Shown: positions 9,172-19,471 of the stretch, one piece after another
How positions within the stretch are numbered: position 1 is the stretch's first letter
Layout: each line of letters opens with the position of its first letter
IMG/VR virus record: IMGVR_UViG_3300036985_002246
Coordinates: 135,476 to 199,475 of that record
Source of the DNA: a virus
Length of the DNA stretch: 64,000 nt
Reading direction: 5' to 3' (one strand)
Position numbers and translations under genes: made by a program
Notes under the pieces: generated by a model
Seen by the model: only the letters and a program-made list of their open reading frames with translations
Databases searched by the model: none
What the model was told of the DNA's origin: nothing

Positions 9172-11121
9172 ATGGCCCGCACGTTCATTCAGCAAGAGAC
9201 GCAGATCCGCAACACCCCAGCGGCGGAGTACGCGGACAATATTGCGCCCACGCTGGCCAACTACCAGACGAACCCGACGAACCTCCAGCAAGACCTGAAC
9301 AACATTCGGTCTCAGGTTCACAACCTGCTGGAGACGATCTCGGTCGGCAACTGGTACGACCCCCTCAACACCCCCAGCACGTTCGAGTTCGGGGCGCAGC
9401 GTGGCGTCAACGACCTGAACACCGACCTGCACGACCTGGAGCGCAAGCGCGTCCTCGTCACGGTCTCCAGCCTGATCGACGTGGTGGTCCCGGCCAGCGT
9501 GCAGGCGACCAACACGTTCACCTCGACGGGTGCCTTCAGCACCACCGAGACGATCACGATCGGCGGCCAGGTCTACACGTTCGTCAGCCCCTTCGTGGAC
9601 GTGGCGGGCAACATTGACGCCTCGGGCACGACCGCCCAGACGCACCAGAACCTTCGCCGGGCGATCAACGGCAACGGCGTCGCGGGTGTCAACTACGGCA
9701 CGGGCACTCCGGTCAACACCTCCGTCACGGCGACCGACGGAGCCACCTCGAACGTCTTCACGGCGATCCTGGGCGGCACGGCGGGCAACCTGATCGCGAC
9801 CACGACGACGTGCGCGAACGCCACGGTTCCTGCGACGCTCACGGGCGGCACGGGTGACATCAGCATCCTGACGCTCGGCCAGCTTCCCTCGAACACGACC
9901 CAGGCCGTCGGCGCAGTCACCACGCTCGGCACGGTTGCCGCGTTCAACGCGACGTTCGGCTCAATCTCGCTCGCAGAGGTCGCAGGCTCCACGGCGATCT
10001 CGCCGAAGAACCTCTGTGAGATCGTGGACGGCTCGACACGCGACCCGATCCTCTCGTCAGGCCGCACGATCTACGCCCTGTTCCAGGTCGAGACGGTGAC
10101 CGACGGGATCACCATGACGGGCACCACGCCCAACCGAGCCCAGCTTTCCTACGTCCGCCTCACCTCCACTGGCGACGACCTGGAAATGGTCCCGGCAAGT
10201 GACATTGCGGGCAAGACGATCAACTACTCCTCGGTCGAGCGCAAGGGCCTCGACTCGCTGAGCGAGCAGGACTTCCTGCGCGGGGCGATCATTGACGTTC
10301 CCGCCGGAACCACGGTCACCCGTCAGATCGGCTACGACAATCAGGGCACGACTCCGGTCACCGTCCTGACCAACTCCCTCCTCGACCTGGGGACGGCCAG
10401 CGTGGACTGGGAGATCCGCGACCTCGCCTCGGTCATGCTGTTCAAGGTGCTCGAAGGCAGCACGGGCGGCACGAGCGAGGTGCAGGTCGGCGCAGCGACT
10501 GACCTCTTCAAGTCGAACGCCGTCCTCAACGAGTTCAACACGGGCGCGGCCTTCGACAACGCCGCAGCGGGCACCACGATCAACGTGGGCGTCACGGCGA
10601 ACCAGATCGACGCGGGCGGTGCCCTCACCGTCACCTCGGGCGGCGCTGCCGACCTGAACCTCGTGGGTGCCCTGGAACTCAACCTCACGGACAGCTACCG
10701 TGCGGGCTCGACCTGGAGCCTTGCAGCCGGTGTCGCGCTCTCCAGTGCCTCGGCTGAGTGGTCACTCTTCGAGACGAACTTCGGTGAGGTCAGCCTCCTC
10801 AACGCGATCAACCAAGCCTACGCCTCGGCGGCTGGCCCGACTCGCGGCACGAAGACCTACTCGAACGTGACGGTCACCTCGGTGGCGGGCACGGACATGA
10901 GCCTCGCCACGGCGACGCTCGACGCGGCGCTCCCGGACATGAGCCAGGGCACCTTTACCGACCACGACGTGTACCTGAACGGCAACCTGCTTCGTGGTGA
11001 GGCGTCGTATCCCGGAGCGAACGACTACGGCCCCGGTACAGTCCTCAACCCGGCACGGCTGAAGTTCGAGTTCATCACCAAGGTTGGTGACGTGATCTGC
11101 GTCGTGCCGTGGAACCCGTGA
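9172..11121 (+). CDS. Large Thr/Gly/Ala-rich virion surface protein (fibre/decoration-like)
   Basis: AGGAG SD; contains the shared ETITIGGQVYTF module and a C-terminal VYLNG Ig-like domain. Confidence 0.75.
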   Translation: MARTFIQQETQIRNTPAAEYADNIAPTLANYQTNPTNLQQDLNNIRSQVHNLLETISVGNWYDPLNTPSTFEFGAQRGVNDLNTDLHDLERKRVLVTVSSLIDVVVPASVQATNTFTSTGAFSTTETITIGGQVYTFVSPFVDVAGNIDASGTTAQTHQNLRRAINGNGVAGVNYGTGTPVNTSVTATDGATSNVFTAILGGTAGNLIATTTTCANATVPATLTGGTGDISILTLGQLPSNTTQAVGAVTTLGTVAAFNATFGSISLAEVAGSTAISPKNLCEIVDGSTRDPILSSGRTIYALFQVETVTDGITMTGTTPNRAQLSYVRLTSTGDDLEMVPASDIAGKTINYSSVERKGLDSLSEQDFLRGAIIDVPAGTTVTRQIGYDNQGTTPVTVLTNSLLDLGTASVDWEIRDLASVMLFKVLEGSTGGTSEVQVGAATDLFKSNAVLNEFNTGAAFDNAAAGTTINVGVTANQIDAGGALTVTSGGAADLNLVGALELNLTDSYRAGSTWSLAAGVALSSASAEWSLFETNFGEVSLLNAINQAYASAAGPTRGTKTYSNVTVTSVAGTDMSLATATLDAALPDMSQGTFTDHDVYLNGNLLRGEASYPGANDYGPGTVLNPARLKFEFITKVGDVICVVPWNP

Positions 11122-11135
11122 GGAGTCACTGAACC

Positions 11136-11705
11136 ATGAGCCATGAGAGAGTCGAACTGCGCGCTTCCGGAATGCACGACGTAGGGGTCCGTATGGACGA
11201 CCTGCTGGAGGGTGCCCGGAAGGAGGTCCTTCGCTGTGACGGAGCCGTGTCTGGGCTCCAGCAATGTGCGAAGGCAGTCGGCGAACTCACGCCTCATGTG
11301 GACAGGGACGTGGACGAGGGAAAGTACGACCTGGAGACGGCAAAGCAGATCAAGCTCTACTTGAGCCGGGCTATCCAGGTCGTACAGAACCTCGGCATGA
11401 ACGCCAGCAACCAGCGAATGCTCTCGGCTGGCCAAGTGCAAATGGCTGAGGTGGCGGTCTCCGTCACGAAGAAGATGTACGACGGCGAAATGCAGAAGTC
11501 GGCTGCGATTGCAGCCGCTGAAGCGTCTCCTGTCAGTGCGGACGGTCGCGGGCGTGTGGTGGGAATGCACCCGTCAGCCACGATCAAGGAGCAGCGCCTG
11601 GCAGAGGAGGCCGCTCCGGCTGTCGTCCCTCAGGTGGCCCAAGGGACAGCTACAGCCCCGGCCAGGAAGAAGCCGGGGCCAAAGCCGAAGAACACCAGTG
11701 TCTAA
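11136..11705 (+). CDS. Hypothetical coiled-coil protein with basic tail
   Basis: AGGAG SD; heptad-like helices. Confidence 0.7.
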   Translation: MSHERVELRASGMHDVGVRMDDLLEGARKEVLRCDGAVSGLQQCAKAVGELTPHVDRDVDEGKYDLETAKQIKLYLSRAIQVVQNLGMNASNQRMLSAGQVQMAEVAVSVTKKMYDGEMQKSAAIAAAEASPVSADGRGRVVGMHPSATIKEQRLAEEAAPAVVPQVAQGTATAPARKKPGPKPKNTSV

Positions 11706-12483
11706 GACCCCCGACAGGCACCCAGGAATCCTCGTCGAGACTGAGGAGATCCTGCTGGGCGGGGATGTCTCCGGCGACCCCACTGACCTGGGCGGAATGC
11801 GCTATGTCAGTGGTGCCTTCCGGTTCATGGACGCCATTGGGGTTTTCGATCCGAGAGGCACTGGTTCGGGTGACGTTGTCGGTCCGGCGTCCGCGACAGA
11901 CAACGCTATCGCCCGCTACGATCTGACCACCGGCAAGCTGATCCAGAACAGTTCCGCCACTGTTGACGACAACGGGTACATTGACAACGCACAGGGTCGG
12001 TTCAACGGCGTCCGCTACTACACTAGCTCGGCCACCGACCCGTCGTCACCCACCCCAGCCGACGGGGACATTTACTGGAACACCGCACTCGAAAAGGAAA
12101 TGCGGTACGACGGCACGCGCTCAAAGTGGCTCAGCGTGGAGTCGGTGACGTTTCTGTTCAACAGCCCGCAGGCCGCGATTGGCAGCTACTTCAAGCTGGG
12201 CGACGTTACCATGACCTCGACCAGGGGCTACAATATGCCCCACAACGCGACGCTCGTCGCCATGGGCGTCACGCGCAGCAACACGGGTACTGCGACACTT
12301 GAGGCGGTGGCCGCTGGATCTTCGCTGGCGACTCAGGCGATCGGCACTGCGACGAAAGTGAAGACCAACACGGTGAACGCTGACATTGCCGTTGACGTGG
12401 TGCTCTCAGCAAAGAATGCAAGCGCGAGTGCCAACGAGATCCTGAACGGAATCGGGTACTTCGTCGTGAAGTGGAGAGTCTGA
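11698..12483 (+). CDS. Putative fibre/spike-associated protein
   Basis: GTG 11698 overlaps the upstream stop; GDVVGPASATDNAIARYD is a common tail-fibre motif. Confidence 0.65.
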   Translation: MSKTPDRHPGILVETEEILLGGDVSGDPTDLGGMRYVSGAFRFMDAIGVFDPRGTGSGDVVGPASATDNAIARYDLTTGKLIQNSSATVDDNGYIDNAQGRFNGVRYYTSSATDPSSPTPADGDIYWNTALEKEMRYDGTRSKWLSVESVTFLFNSPQAAIGSYFKLGDVTMTSTRGYNMPHNATLVAMGVTRSNTGTATLEAVAAGSSLATQAIGTATKVKTNTVNADIAVDVVLSAKNASASANEILNGIGYFVVKWRV

Positions 12484-12484
12484 C

Positions 12485-15400
12485 GTGGTCACGATCATTG
12501 CGAAGAACACGACCGCTGCGGACCTCCCGATCGACAACCTGTCGGTGGTGGACGCTGTTATCCCGGCGTTCGGAACGGTGACGCTGACGGACTCCAACTT
12601 CGTCTATCAGATCCAGGCCGACCCGCAGCTTCGGGACTACGTCACCTCGGGCGACATAGTGATCAGCGACGGAACGTCCGACCTGTCCCTCACAGACGGT
12701 CTGAACTACCTGTCAACCGTCGCGATTGCGAACTCTTCGGCGAGCGTTGACACCTTCATAGCGGAGAACAGCCCCGCGCAGGTCGTCACGGTCGCGGTGA
12801 GCGGCGGGCAGCTTACGTCCGTAGCGGCAGCCATTGCGAGTATCACGGACGCGACGGTCACGAAGCCGTACATGGTGTCGGTGTACCCAGGCGAGTACAC
12901 CGAGCCGCCGTTCACAATGAAGCCCTACGTCTCGGTCGTCGGCGTGGACGGGTTCTACTCGGTCCATATCAAGACGAACAACGACTCGGCGCACTTCATT
13001 ACGGGCGAAGCGGGCTCCGAGCTTCTCAACGTCTCGCTCACGGGTCCAACCGGAGTCGGCTACGCGACCATTGACTACCAGACGGAGTCGCGGATCCCGT
13101 TCATGCTCGATCACGTTCTGATCCGTGGCGGCTACTACGGGGTCTGGTGCCACCCAGCCGCAGCACGGGGCGTCGTCCACGCCTTCTTCGTCACCGACTG
13201 GTACTCGGGCAACACGATCAATCAGCTTTTCCGCTCGACCGACTACGGCAATATCACCTGCATGAACTCGGCAAAAATGTCGGGTCCCGCAGGTAGCTGC
13301 GTGACCGGGTGGTATGGGTCAGGACCGCACGCCGAGTTCACCCTGGACCTGTGTGCCTTCCGCGACTCCAGTGGCACAGCCTTCTTTGCAGACAACGGTG
13401 CCTACTACCGCCTGACGGCCTGTGCGGTGTCAAAGGCGTCGAAGGCACTCCATATTGGGAGCACAGGCACGGCCTCTGAGTTCCAGGCGATCGGCTGCGT
13501 TATCAACGAGGCTGAGGTCACCACTCATATCCAGACCGACACCCCGAACTGCGTCGTTGAGTACCAGGGATCGGCATGGAGCAGCCGGTTCAATCTGGCG
13601 AGTGGGACGGATGCGTTCATCCTGGCCACGGACACCGACGCCTTGGCGGTGACTGTTGTTGGTGAGCTTCGGGTCGGCGACCTTGCCACGGCTGTTCCGG
13701 TGGGATCCTATCTCCGCAAGACCTCTTCGACAGCAAGCACCACGTTTACGACGCTCTCACGGGGCACCGGGCGCGTTCTGAACGTCGGTGCTGGAACCGG
13801 GTTTATCTCGAACGGGTCCAGTATCGTTGGGGTGACCTGGGGGGCAGCAACGCCTACCCTCACGGCGAACAGCAACCTCTGGGTCATTGTGGATTCAGCG
13901 GGTGTGGTTCAGGAAGTCCTCACGGAGCCGGACTATGAAGCCGTGGTTGTGCTGGCAATCGCGACCACCAGCGCCACCGACACTATCTTCCTTTCCAGGC
14001 ACTACGTCGCGGCGAGTCAGCACCTCCCGCACATGCACGAGTATTTCGAGACCGTGCTTGGGCCGCTGTCGGTGTCTGGCTGCACCACGGTCAAGCACGC
14101 TTCGCCGTCGCTCCAACTCGATGTGGATGGCGGCGTCTTTTACATTGCGGAGAATGAGTTCACGGCCAGTGCGAATGCTCCGATCACGTTCACCTACTGG
14201 TATCGCAACGGAAGCGGCGGGTGGAACTGGGTCACGTCGCAAACCTCGATCAACGTCACCCAGTACGACGACGGGTCCGGGACGCTCGCCACGCTAACGG
14301 GGACCAACTTTCGCCGCGATTCCGTCTATCTCATTTCCGGCACCTGGGGCACGGAGTACCATGTGGTACTCGGTCAGGAGCAGTTCGCGACCGCACTCCT
14401 CGCCGTTGTGAATCCGACCCCTCCGGAACAGCTTCGAGTGAACTCGCTGCGGGTGGCTGCGGTGGTTGTCCAGAAGGACGCGACAGACCTGACTTCGGTC
14501 ATTGACCAGCGCCCGATCCTCGGGCAACTCTCCACCGGAACGACAGCAGTCACGTCCCATGGTTCACTCTCTGGGCTCGGTGCGGACGACCACCCTCAGT
14601 ACCAGCTTGTCACGGGGAAGAACGCAGCGAACGGGTACGCGGGGCTGACTGCCGGGACGATGATTGCGACGGCTCAGCTTCCCTTCACAGCGACGCCTCC
14701 GGTCAACGTCACGAAGGCGGCGGCAGCCGTAGGGACTTCGACTGAGATTGCTCGACAGGACCACAAGCACGACGTGACGACGGCGGCGGCTGTTGCAGTT
14801 GGGACGGCGAACGCAGAGGGGTCAGCGACTTCACTTGCACGCTCTGACCACACGCACCAGGTCACGGGCTTCTCGATCGCAAACCTCACGATCGACGCGG
14901 AGGGCTACCCGAACCTGGGCGACGCCTCGACGACGACGCCAGCGACGCCAGCGACTGGGGTGACCCTCTTCTCGCGGTTCCGTGCTGGTCGCCACATGGC
15001 CTCCCAGGTCGGGCCGTCTGGCATTCCATACTCGTTTCAACCGGCGCTGTTCGCTAGCAAGATCACGCTCTGGACGGCGCAGGGCAACGGCACTTCGGTC
15101 AGCACGATCAACTTTGGCACGAGCAACACGGGCAACGCAACGGCTCGCAACGTCGCAACCACGAATTTCGCGACCTCACTCAGGCGACTGGCCTTCGTAT
15201 CAACCACAGGCTCCGGCAGTTCGTCGGGCACACGCCACAACCTGCTTCAGTTCTATCGTGGCGACGCTGCTGGGCGTGGCGGCTTCTTCTACGTGGCGCG
15301 CTTCGTGGTTGATACGATCTCGGCTGGAGCCCGGTGGTTCGTCGGCCTCTATGGCTCTGCTGCGGCGATCGGGAACGCGAACCCATCGTCACTTGCCAAC

Positions 15401-15736
15401 ACCCTCGGGTTCGGGATCGACGCCAGCCATACGACGGTGCGGTGGTTCTACAATGACGGATCCGGAACGGCGTCAAGCTCTGACATGGGTGCGAGCTTTC
15501 CCGCGAAGACGGCAAACGTCGTCTACGAGATTCGCATTTTCTGCCCGCCCAATGGCTCGACGATCTACTACTCGATCGAGCGGCTCGACTCGGCTGCTTT
15601 CGCTGAGGGGAGTGTCACTACGGACATTCCGGCGGCCACACAGCTTCTCTCGCCGCAGATTTGGGCGAACAATGGTGTCGATAACTCAGCAGTCGCACTT
15701 GCGGTCGTGTCGCAGTACCTTGAGACGGACAACTAG
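12485..15736 (+). CDS. Putative long fibre / receptor-binding protein, possibly with a beta-helix region
   Basis: 1083 aa; fibre motifs SHGSLSGLGADDHPQY, ARQDHKH and ARSDHTH; S/T/G/A-rich. Confidence 0.7.
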   Translation: MVTIIAKNTTAADLPIDNLSVVDAVIPAFGTVTLTDSNFVYQIQADPQLRDYVTSGDIVISDGTSDLSLTDGLNYLSTVAIANSSASVDTFIAENSPAQVVTVAVSGGQLTSVAAAIASITDATVTKPYMVSVYPGEYTEPPFTMKPYVSVVGVDGFYSVHIKTNNDSAHFITGEAGSELLNVSLTGPTGVGYATIDYQTESRIPFMLDHVLIRGGYYGVWCHPAAARGVVHAFFVTDWYSGNTINQLFRSTDYGNITCMNSAKMSGPAGSCVTGWYGSGPHAEFTLDLCAFRDSSGTAFFADNGAYYRLTACAVSKASKALHIGSTGTASEFQAIGCVINEAEVTTHIQTDTPNCVVEYQGSAWSSRFNLASGTDAFILATDTDALAVTVVGELRVGDLATAVPVGSYLRKTSSTASTTFTTLSRGTGRVLNVGAGTGFISNGSSIVGVTWGAATPTLTANSNLWVIVDSAGVVQEVLTEPDYEAVVVLAIATTSATDTIFLSRHYVAASQHLPHMHEYFETVLGPLSVSGCTTVKHASPSLQLDVDGGVFYIAENEFTASANAPITFTYWYRNGSGGWNWVTSQTSINVTQYDDGSGTLATLTGTNFRRDSVYLISGTWGTEYHVVLGQEQFATALLAVVNPTPPEQLRVNSLRVAAVVVQKDATDLTSVIDQRPILGQLSTGTTAVTSHGSLSGLGADDHPQYQLVTGKNAANGYAGLTAGTMIATAQLPFTATPPVNVTKAAAAVGTSTEIARQDHKHDVTTAAAVAVGTANAEGSATSLARSDHTHQVTGFSIANLTIDAEGYPNLGDASTTTPATPATGVTLFSRFRAGRHMASQVGPSGIPYSFQPALFASKITLWTAQGNGTSVSTINFGTSNTGNATARNVATTNFATSLRRLAFVSTTGSGSSSGTRHNLLQFYRGDAAGRGGFFYVARFVVDTISAGARWFVGLYGSAAAIGNANPSSLANTLGFGIDASHTTVRWFYNDGSGTASSSDMGASFPAKTANVVYEIRIFCPPNGSTIYYSIERLDSAAFAEGSVTTDIPAATQLLSPQIWANNGVDNSAVALAVVSQYLETDN

Positions 15737-15747
15737 GAGCTAGATCA

Positions 15748-16878
15748 GTGGCCGCCACGACCCCCAACACCGTGTTCGAGTACACCGTCGATTCCGACGG
15801 CATTTTCCCCAACAAGCGCGTGGACATTCCGCGCTTCACGGAGGAGATCCGCGCCAGCAGTATCTCCGTCGCGCTTCGTGGGATCACGATCGCCTCCGGC
15901 AACTGCGTGATCGAGTTCTCCGGCAACGCAAGCTCACCCCCAGGGCTGTCGTCGGCGGAGATTCTGGTCCTCGACACTCTGGTCACAAGCCACACAGGGG
16001 AGCCCCTCCCTGTGGGTGCTGCGACTGTGACCCTCTCCTCCCCGTCCAACCCGGAGAACAAGATCCCACTCTTTTCCCTCGCGGGACGCGAGGGCAGTGA
16101 GGTGATCTACGCCACGCACAACTACTGCGACAAGACCACCTGGTACTCGCAGAGCCTCCGGGCGGAGTCAGAGACCCTCGTGGACTCCGGGAATGGCCTC
16201 ACCTGGGGGAGCGCCCATACCCACTGGGTGGATATGTACTCCGGCAAGGTCATGGACGACGACGGGGTTCGCACAGACGTTTCCCACGGGTACTCCGTGG
16301 TCGTCACCGCGAACGGGGTCGAGAAGACCATGCGCGAGGTCTACGAGGACAACGGGGGTGACTACACCGTGGACTTCGCTGCGGGCACGGTCACGTTCTT
16401 CTCGGTCCCAACAGGCCCGGTGGTGGCGACCTACTCGTATGCGGACGGGTCTGCATGGATCCTCCGGGCCTCGCCCGGTAAGAACCTCGACGTTGAGTCC
16501 GCCGAGACGCAGTTCAGCACCGACGTGGAGATCACGGACTCGATCGTGTTCACCTTCCACGGGTATGCGGCTGTGTTCGCCCCAGCCGCCGTGGCCGCCA
16601 ACCTCTTGCAGCCCACCGACCTCGTGGAGATCGGGAGGGACACGTACAAGCGGTTCACCCAGATCATTGACAACGCGATCGGTTCCTTCCCTGTCGTCCC
16701 GGCCATTGGCGGTGCTGCCAGGGGCACACAGCACGCAGTCTACGGGTTCCCGTTCAGGTACGGGACGCTCCGACGGATCTACTCGGAGTACGGAATGGAA
16801 CTGCGGGTGTTCACGAAGCACGGTCGAGTGCTTCCCGGCGAGTACGCCACCACAACCTTCTACTGCGTGTCAAGGTGA
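15748..16878 (+). CDS. Putative virion protein with an Ig-like domain
   Basis: DYTVDFAAGTVTF motif; AGGAG SD; overlaps the patatin start. Confidence 0.65.
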   Translation: MAATTPNTVFEYTVDSDGIFPNKRVDIPRFTEEIRASSISVALRGITIASGNCVIEFSGNASSPPGLSSAEILVLDTLVTSHTGEPLPVGAATVTLSSPSNPENKIPLFSLAGREGSEVIYATHNYCDKTTWYSQSLRAESETLVDSGNGLTWGSAHTHWVDMYSGKVMDDDGVRTDVSHGYSVVVTANGVEKTMREVYEDNGGDYTVDFAAGTVTFFSVPTGPVVATYSYADGSAWILRASPGKNLDVESAETQFSTDVEITDSIVFTFHGYAAVFAPAAVAANLLQPTDLVEIGRDTYKRFTQIIDNAIGSFPVVPAIGGAARGTQHAVYGFPFRYGTLRRIYSEYGMELRVFTKHGRVLPGEYATTTFYCVSR

Positions 16879-17807
16879 AGGCCCTCTGTCTCAGTGGTGG
16901 GGGTGCTCGTGGTGCCTACCAGGTGGGCGCGATCAAGTACCTCATGGGTGAGCGTGGTGAGAACTACGACATTTTCACCGGCACCAGCGTCGGCGCTCTC
17001 AATGCGGCGTACCTTGCTCAGTTCCCTGTAGGGGAGGAGTTGGACGCGGCACACGGCCTGAGGGAACTGTGGCTCGGGCTTGACTCCTCGAAGGTCTGGC
17101 GGGAGTGGTACTGGGGGCTGCTGGGGCTCCTTCCAGTCGTTCTGCCGAAGTGGTTTGGTGGCAAGACCTCCGCCTACTCAACGGCTCCTCTGAGGGGATT
17201 GGTTGACCACCACCTCAGGCCGCGAGCGATCCTGTCTTCGGGGAAGAAGCTCCGAGTCGGGGCCGTGGACCTGGACTCAGGGGTCCGCAGGGTGTGGGAC
17301 GAGCAGGATCCTGCCCACCTACGGAAGGCTGTGCTCGCAAGCTCGTCCTTCCCGGTGTTCTTCGAGCCTGTCGAGATCAACGGACGCCTCTACACGGACG
17401 CCGGGGTGCGTGAGGTCAGCCCAATCGAGGACGCGATCAAGGCCGGGGCCAGGGAGATCCACCTGATCTCCACCAGACCCATGGAGGTCGTGGGTGCCTT
17501 CGACCGCAAGGGCGGCCTCTCGCTCGGGCGACGTGTGCTCGGGATCATGGAGTCTGAGATCGAGCGGTGGGACGTGAGGGCCGTCGAGTTGTACAACGCC
17601 CTCTACGAGGCGAGGCACCCGCTGGCCGTCGGCAAGTCCTACGTCACCCTGAAGGTGTTGCGCCCGGAGCAGGACCTGCTGGACAACGCCCTGGACTTCA
17701 ACACGACCGACATTATCGCCAACATGGGGCGCGGCTATGCCGACGCGAAGGCCATGAACTGGGGGTCCGGTCCTGCGGTACAGTCCGAGAGCAAGGTGCC
17801 CTCATGA
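16875..17807 (+). CDS. Patatin-like phospholipase
   Basis: SGGGARG oxyanion loop, GTSVG nucleophile elbow, DAG variant of the catalytic DGG. Confidence 0.92.
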   Translation: MKALCLSGGGARGAYQVGAIKYLMGERGENYDIFTGTSVGALNAAYLAQFPVGEELDAAHGLRELWLGLDSSKVWREWYWGLLGLLPVVLPKWFGGKTSAYSTAPLRGLVDHHLRPRAILSSGKKLRVGAVDLDSGVRRVWDEQDPAHLRKAVLASSSFPVFFEPVEINGRLYTDAGVREVSPIEDAIKAGAREIHLISTRPMEVVGAFDRKGGLSLGRRVLGIMESEIERWDVRAVELYNALYEARHPLAVGKSYVTLKVLRPEQDLLDNALDFNTTDIIANMGRGYADAKAMNWGSGPAVQSESKVPS

Positions 17808-18259
17808 GCGCAGAATCCAAGGTGCTTCAGGTCGGTCTAGGGGACGCCATGCGCCGTCTCCTCGACATTGAGATCCGCGTCCGCCACGGGATCACCACCC
17901 CCGAGGTGGCTGTCGAGCGGGATATGCTCCTCGAAGCCCTGAACCGGGTCGAGATCAATCTCGGGTTCGACTGTGACAGCGACGGGCTCCCCGACACCGT
18001 GGACCTGTTCAGGGAGACCTCTGAGACTTCCTGCTGCCGCCTCATTGACCTGCCAGGCGTGAAGCCCACGAAGAAGCCCACTGTGAAGAAGGCGGCACCT
18101 CCCCCGGCTCCCGTGCCACCTGCGGTCTCGCAGGAGGTGTCCTCCTCCCGTCTGGAGGAGCTTCCTTCGCTCACCACGGGTCCGCTCGGGACCCCAGCGG
18201 GTCCGGGCTTCTTCTCTCGAATGTTCAACCCGGCTGACAAGAAGGGTGGGAAGCAGTAG
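17804..18259 (+). CDS. Hypothetical protein with DCDSDG motif and Pro/Lys-rich tail
   Basis: ATGA overlap with patatin; track start 17567 overlaps patatin and is unlikely. Confidence 0.65.
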   Translation: MSAESKVLQVGLGDAMRRLLDIEIRVRHGITTPEVAVERDMLLEALNRVEINLGFDCDSDGLPDTVDLFRETSETSCCRLIDLPGVKPTKKPTVKKAAPPPAPVPPAVSQEVSSSRLEELPSLTTGPLGTPAGPGFFSRMFNPADKKGGKQ

Positions 18260-18567
18260 TGCCGACGCTCAACTTCCTGCTGCTCGCCTACGGGATCGCC
18301 TTCGGGGTCCAGAACAAGCTCCCGTTCCTTCGGGGCAAGCTGGCTGTCCTGGACGCACTGATCAAGTGTACCTACTGCTTGGGGTTCCACACGGGATACC
18401 TGGCTTGGGGTCTGTACTGGGTCATGGAGAGGCCGTCTCTTGGGACTGACGCCGGAAGCATTGCACTCTCGGTGGTCCTCGCCGTCGTGACGTGGGGGCT
18501 CTCTTCGGCGGCGTTCTCCTACGGGGTGGACACGGCGATCCGGTGGCTTGAATATCGCCCCCGGTAG
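18259..18567 (+). CDS. Small membrane protein with CxxC, DUF1360-like
   Basis: Hydrophobic helices flanking KCTYCLGFHTG. Confidence 0.65.
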   Translation: MPTLNFLLLAYGIAFGVQNKLPFLRGKLAVLDALIKCTYCLGFHTGYLAWGLYWVMERPSLGTDAGSIALSVVLAVVTWGLSSAAFSYGVDTAIRWLEYRPR

Positions 18568-18582
18568 GCGAGGGCTTCAAGC

Positions 18583-19014
18583 GTGCCGGTCGTACAACTT
18601 TTCCGACCTCAGAGTTCCGGGGACGTGATTCTTCCGGCGTCCATGCCGCCAGGGTATGTGCCCGGCTCGTACCTGAACATGGCCGTGAAGATCGTGGACG
18701 TGCTCGGGGTGCCCACGATCTACCCGTGCATGGCCCAGAAGAACACGGACAGCCCGCAATCGTTCTACGGGATCCTGAAGCAGGACCTCCCGACGGTGAT
18801 CGTCACGGCAGGCAGGGGGGCCGCCACGACTCCGCTCGTCGAGGGGGCGATCCCACTTGTGCCGGACAAGGACGTGTACCTGTCCTCGACCACGCCAGGG
18901 TATGTGACCCAGGCGACGCCCCAATCTTCAGGGACCGTCATGCTCCGGGTCGGGTTCGCCCTTGACGCTGCTCGGGTCATTCTGTCCGGTGACTTCCGGG
19001 TGGACTACTACTGA
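18583..19014 (+). CDS. Putative capsid decoration/cement-like protein
   Basis: DVYLSSTTPGYVTQATP...LRVGFA resembles DUF2190-like decoration folds. Confidence 0.5.
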   Translation: MPVVQLFRPQSSGDVILPASMPPGYVPGSYLNMAVKIVDVLGVPTIYPCMAQKNTDSPQSFYGILKQDLPTVIVTAGRGAATTPLVEGAIPLVPDKDVYLSSTTPGYVTQATPQSSGTVMLRVGFALDAARVILSGDFRVDYY

Positions 19015-19047
19015 GCCTATCAGCAGACCCTGCTAGGAGTCTCGTCC

Positions 19048-19431
19048 ATGTCCAATCTCCGCTCGAAGCTGATCCGCCTGGCCCACCAGAAGCCAGAGCT
19101 TCGGGCTGACTTGCTGCCGCTGCTCAAGTCGGCGAGACCCACGTTCGTGGAGGCCAAGCAGACGATCCTCGACTACCTGGGGGAGCACGGCTGGAAGCTC
19201 TCGGCCCCTGGACTCAAGGTCATGCACGCCACGTCCAAGGACGGGAAGGTGCGCCTCTGGTTCAAGGCACAGGCGGTCTACTTCACCTACAGCACGGGTA
19301 GACACGACTTCGGGGAGGCACACTCCCTTCACAACGACATTCGCTCAATGACCCCAGAGGCGTTCGCAAAGGACGCCGACGAGACCGCCAGGGCTGACCT
19401 CTGGGTGGAACGGGACGCTGAGCGGGGGTGA
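19048..19431 (+). CDS. Tag-bearing small protein (MSNLRSKLIRLAHQKPELRADLLPLLK + unrelated domain)
   Basis: AGGAG SD; shared N-terminal peptide. Confidence 0.8.
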   Translation: MSNLRSKLIRLAHQKPELRADLLPLLKSARPTFVEAKQTILDYLGEHGWKLSAPGLKVMHATSKDGKVRLWFKAQAVYFTYSTGRHDFGEAHSLHNDIRSMTPEAFAKDADETARADLWVERDAERG

Positions 19432-19471
19432 GCCACACCTCGTCTTTCACAACCAGTAGGGAGTCCTCTCA

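Noticed and set aside
11509-11697. Track start extensions (also 3153, 4796, 6029, 17567, 22997, 23269, 28576, 37289)
   Set aside because: They overlap upstream genes; downstream starts with SD sequences or stop-start overlaps fit better
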